From positions 147,935-203,836 of the forward strand of contig NC_069004.1 of assembly GCF_001194135.2 (NCBI RefSeq): a stretch of 55,902 nucleotides of DNA, given 5' to 3'. The notes under the pieces are model-generated. The model saw nothing but the letters and a program-made list of their open reading frames with translations, did not search any database and had not been told where the DNA came from. The DNA comes from Octopus bimaculoides. Lineage: Eukaryota. This document shows, piece by piece, positions 51,101 to 55,902 of the stretch (the first letter of the stretch is position 1; every line of letters begins with the position of its first letter). A program made the position numbers and the translations under genes.

Positions 51101-54100
51101 CGTACGAACGAATGAACGAGCGATGGTACATACGTACGAACGAATGGACGAAACGAAGGAACAAATGAACGTACGTATGTCCGTACGTACATACGTACGA
51201 ATAAACGACCAAAGGAACTGACGAACTAAAGAACGAACGTAAGAACGAACGATCGAACGAACAAACGTACGAACGACCGAACAAACGAATAAACATACGT
51301 ACGAACGATCGAAAGAAAGAACGAGCGAACGAACGAACGTACGTATGTCCGTACGTACATACGTACGAATAAACGACCAGACGATCGAAAGAACGAACGA
51401 ACAAACGAATGTAGGTGCGTACGATCGAACGAACTAACGAGCGAAAGCATGTACATACGTCCCTACGTAAGAATGAATGAACGAGCGAACGAACGATTGT
51501 GCGTACGAACGAACGATCGTACGTACGTACTAAAGAAGGAACGAAATGAAGGAACGTACGAATAAACGAACGTACGTTCGTTCATACGTACATATGTTCG
51601 TTCGTTCTGTCGTTCATTCGATCGTTCGTTCGTTCGTACGTACGTAGGTACGTCGTTCTTTCGGTCGTTCGTTCGTACGTACGTTCGTTCGTACGTACAT
51701 TCGTTCGTTCATTTGGTCGTTCATTCGTACGTATGTACGTACGTTTTTTCGTTCCTTCGTTCGTACGTACGGACCTCTGTACATGCTTTCGTTCATTTGT
51801 TCGTTCATTCGTACGTACGTAGGTACGTTCGTAACTATGTACGTTCGTTCGCTCGTTCGTTTGTTAGTTTCTTCGTTCGTTCTTTCTTTTGTTCGTTCCT
51901 TTGTTCGATCGTATGTACGTACGTTCGTTTGTTCGTTTGTTCGTTCGCTCCTTCATACGTAGGTACGTACGTCCGTTCGTTCTTTTCTTTGTTCCTTCCT
52001 TCGATCGTTCATTCTTTCGTTCGTACGAACGAACGAATGTACGTAGTGTACTTACGAACGAACAAACCTACGTACGTACGTGCGTACTAATGAACGAACA
52101 TACGTTCATACATCCGTACGTACCAGAGATCGAACCTACGAACGAGCGTACGTTCGAACGAGCGAACTAATACAAGTACGTACGTACATACGAAAGAATG
52201 TGCGTACGTAATTATGTACGTATGAACGAACAAACGAACGGAAGTACGTAAGTACCAACGAACTAACGAACGAACGTTCGTACATACGTGCGTACGTACG
52301 AATGAACGAACGTACGTACGTATGAACAAACATACGTACGAACGAACAAACNNNNNNNNNNNNNNNNNNNNNNNNNNNNNNNNNNNNNNNNNNNNNNNNN
52401 NNNNNNNNNNNNNNNNNNNNNNNNNNNNNNNNNNNNNNNNNNNNNNNNNNNNNNNNNNNNNNNNNNNNNNNNNNNNNNNNNNNNNNNNNNNNNNNNNNNN
52501 NNNNNNNNNNNNNNNNNNNNNNNNNNNNNNNNNNNNNNNNNNNNNNNNNNNNNNNNNNNNNNNNNNNNNNNNNNNNNNNNNNNNNNNNNNNNNNNNNNNN
52601 NNNNNNNNNNNNNNNNNNNNNNNNNNNNNNNNNNNNNNNNNNNNNNNNNNNNNNNNNNNNNNNNNNNNNNNNNNNNNNNNNNNNNNNNNNNNNNNNNNNN
52701 NNNNNNNNNNNNNNNNNNNNNNNNNNNNNNNNNNNNNNNNNNNNNNNNNNNNNNNNNNNNNNNNNNNNNNNNNNNNNNNNNNNNNNNNNNNNNNNNNNNN
52801 NNNNNNNNNNNNNNNNNNNNNNNNNNNNNNNNNNNNNNNNNNNNNNNNNNNNNNNNNNNNNNNNNNNNNNNNNNNNNNNNNNNNNNNNNNNNNNNNNNNN
52901 NNNNNNNNNNNNNNNNNNNNNNNNNNNNNNNNNNNNNNNNNNNNNNNNNNNNNNNNNNNNNNNNNNNNNNNNNNNNNNNNNNNNNNNNNNNNNNNNNNNN
53001 NNNNNNNNNNNNNNNNNNNNCGTTCCTTCGTTCGTACGTACGGACCTCTGTAGATGCTTTCGTTCGTTTGTTCGTTCATTCGTACGTACGTAGGTAGTTC
53101 GTTCGTACGAACCTACGTACGTACGAACAATCAAACGAATTACGTAGTGTACGTACGTACAAACGAACGAACAAAAGAGCGAACTTACGTACGTGCGTAC
53201 TAATGAACGAACGAACGAACATACGTTCATACATCCGTATGTACCAGCGATCGAACCTGCGAACGAGCGTACGTACATACGAACGAAAGAATGTGCGTAC
53301 GTACTTACGTACGTATGAACGAAAGAACGAACGAACAGATGTACGTATGAACGAAAGAACGAACGAACAGATGTACGTACGTACCAACGAACTAACGAAC
53401 GAACGAACGTTCGTGTGTACGTACGAATGAACGAACGTACGTACGTACAAACGACCTAACGAACGAACAAACGTACGTACGTATTACGTAGGCAGCAAAT
53501 AAGGAAAGATCGAAGTACGTATGTACGTACTTACGAACGAACGTAAGTACGTACGAACGAACGAACGAAAGCATGTACATACGTCCGTACGTACGAATGG
53601 ACGAACTTCCGATCGTACGAACGAACGTACGTACGCATGAACGAACGAACGTACGAACAAACATACGTACGAACGAACTTACGTACATACATACGTACGA
53701 ACGACCTAGCGAACGAACAAACGTACGAACGAACGAAAGATCGAACGTACGTACGTATTACGTGGGCAGGAAATAACGAAAGAACCTACGTAAGTAAGAA
53801 CGAGCGAATGATCGAACGAACAAACTTACATACGAACGAAGGAACGAACGAACGAATGAAAGAACGTACGTACGAACGAACAAAGGAACAGGTGAAACGA
53901 AAGAACGAACGAATGTACGTACGTAAATATGTACGTACGTACAAACGAAAGAGAGAACGAACGAACGTACCTGCGTACGAACAAATGAACGAAAGCAGGT
54001 ACATACGTCCGTACGTACGAACTTACGATCGTACGTACGAACGAACGAAGGAGCGGAATGAAGGGACGAACGAACGTACGTACATACGAACGAATAAACG

Positions 54101-55902
54101 AACTGACGACCGTACGAACGATTGAAGGAACGAACGAACGTACGCATGTCCGTACGTACATACGTACGAATAAACGACCAAAGGAACTGACGAACGTACG
54201 TACGAATGTACGAAAGAACTAACGAACGAACGTAAGTACTAACGAACGTACGTACGAACGAATGAGCGTACATACGTACGAACGAAAGAATGTACGTACG
54301 TATGAACGAACGAAAGAACGTACGTACGAACGAACGTTCGTACATACGTACGTACGTACGAAAAAACGATCGAACGGACGAATGTACGTACGAACGAAAG
54401 CATGTACATACGAATGAGCGAGCGAACGAATGAGCGAGCGAACGTACGAACGAACGATCGTACATATNNNNNNNNNNNNNNNNNNNNNNNNNNNNNNNNN
54501 NNNNNNNNNNNNNNNNNNNNNNNNNNNNNNNNNNNNNNNNNNNNNNNNNNNNNNNNNNNNNNNNNNNNNNNNNNNNNNNNNNNNNNNNNNNNNNNNNNNN
54601 NNNNNNNNNNNNNNNNNNNNNNNNNNNNNNNNNNNNNNNNNNNNNNNNNNNNNNNNNNNNNNNNNNNNNNNNNNNNNNNNNNNNNNNNNNNNNNNNNNNN
54701 NNNNNNNNNNNNNNNNNNNNNNNNNNNNNNNNNNNNNNNNNNNNNNNNNNNNNNNNNNNNNNNNNNNNNNNNNNNNNNNNNNNNNNNNNNNNNNNNNNNN
54801 NNNNNNNNNNNNNNNNNNNNNNNNNNNNNNNNNNNNNNNNNNNNNNNNNNNNNNNNNNNNNNNNNNNNNNNNNNNNNNNNAACGTACATTCGTTCTTACG
54901 TTCGTTTATTCGTTCGTACGAACGTACGTACGTTCATTCATCAGTTCTTTCGTACATTCTGTCGTTCGAACGTATGTACGAACGTTCTTTCGTTAGTTCG
55001 TACGTACGTACATACGTACGAACGAACATACAAACGAACGAAAGCATGTACATACGTCTGTACGTACGAAAGAGCGAACGAACGATCGTACGTATGTACT
55101 AACGAAGAAACGAAATGAAGGAACGAACGTACGTTTGTCCGTACGTACATACGTACGAATAAACGACCAAACGAACGCAAGAACGAACGTACGTACGTTA
55201 TTTCGTTATTCGTACATTCGTTAGTTCGTACCTGCGTTCGTTTATTCGTTCGTTCTTACGTATGTTCGATCGTTCTGTCGTTCATTCGATCGTTCGTTCG
55301 TACGCACGTACTTACGTACGTACATACGTTCTTTCCTTCGTTCGTAGAACGTACGTACGTTCATTCCTTATTCGTACGTTCGTTCGTTCATTTGTTCGTT
55401 CATTCGTACGTATGTACGAACGGACATACGTACGTTCTTTCGTTCCTTCATTTCGTTCCTTCGTTCGTACTTTCGTTCGTACGTACGGACCTCTGTACAC
55501 GCTTTCGTTCGTCTGTTCGTTCATTCGTACGTACGTAGGTACCTTCGTTCGTTCGCTCGTTCGTTTGCTCGTTCGTTCGTTCATTCGAGCGTACGTACGA
55601 ACGAGCGAACGTACGTACGAACGAACGAACTTACGTATGTACGTACGTATTACGTAGGCAGGAAATAACGAAAGAAAATACGTACGTAAGAACGAACGTA
55701 CGTATGTACGTAGGCACGAACGAATTTACGGACGTGCGTATGTACGTACGAACGAAAGAAAGAAGGAATGAACGTACGAACAAAAGTATGAACGTACGAA
55801 AGAACGTACGTATGTCCGTTCGTACATACGTACGAATGAACGAACAAATGAACGAACGAACGTACGAATAAGGAATGAACGTACGTACGTTCTACGAACG
55901 AA
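48179..55902. repeat. Complex tetranucleotide satellite of GAAC/GTAC/GTTC units with repeated polarity inversions; runs off the window end
   Basis: Read directly; at least 7.7 kb including four N-gaps. Confidence 0.97.

Noticed and set aside
48107-55847. Dozens of ORFs rich in RSFV, TNER and YVRT in all six frames
   Set aside because: A 4-nt periodic repeat without stop codons automatically gives 4-residue periodic ORFs on both strands; no splice signals or domains; many run through N-gaps.
48179-55902. CRISPR-like array
   Set aside because: No constant repeat separated by unique spacers; eukaryotic context; no cas genes.

Overview
AT-rich, microsatellite-dense eukaryotic genomic DNA with 12 N-gaps. 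The repeat families suggest a coleoid cephalopod, most likely Octopus (inference). The window holds one complete protein-coding gene on the + strand, an ArfGAP2/3 (Glo3-type) ADP-ribosylation factor GTPase-activating protein. Its 12 exons were read by hand with GT-AG junctions and consistent phases: join(3412-3483,19006-19197,21275-21406,22311-22515,23576-23685,25430-25575,27791-27919,28614-28781,38700-38852,40674-40788,41321-41533,43742-43759), 1653 nt, 550 aa, plus a candidate 24-nt microexon at 35120-35143. Introns and flanks are full of transposon relics: several tRNA-headed SINE families, RTE-clade LINE 3' ends, a DD41D mariner with an RTE nested in it, a Tc1 3' end, an internally deleted Ty3/Gypsy element with a hAT MITE inside gag, piggyBac-like TTAA MITEs, and a 603-bp MITE whose core is an outward-facing (CCCTAA)n-(TTAGGG)n palindrome. 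The last 7.7 kb (48179 to the window end) is an unusual CpG-saturated tetranucleotide array of GAAC, GTAC and GTTC units. It flips strand polarity at least 13 times, often at self-complementary GTAC runs, and contains nested 100-450 bp inverted duplications and recurrent higher-order motifs. Almost all ORFs in the supplied track are artefacts of microsatellites, N-runs or TE relics.
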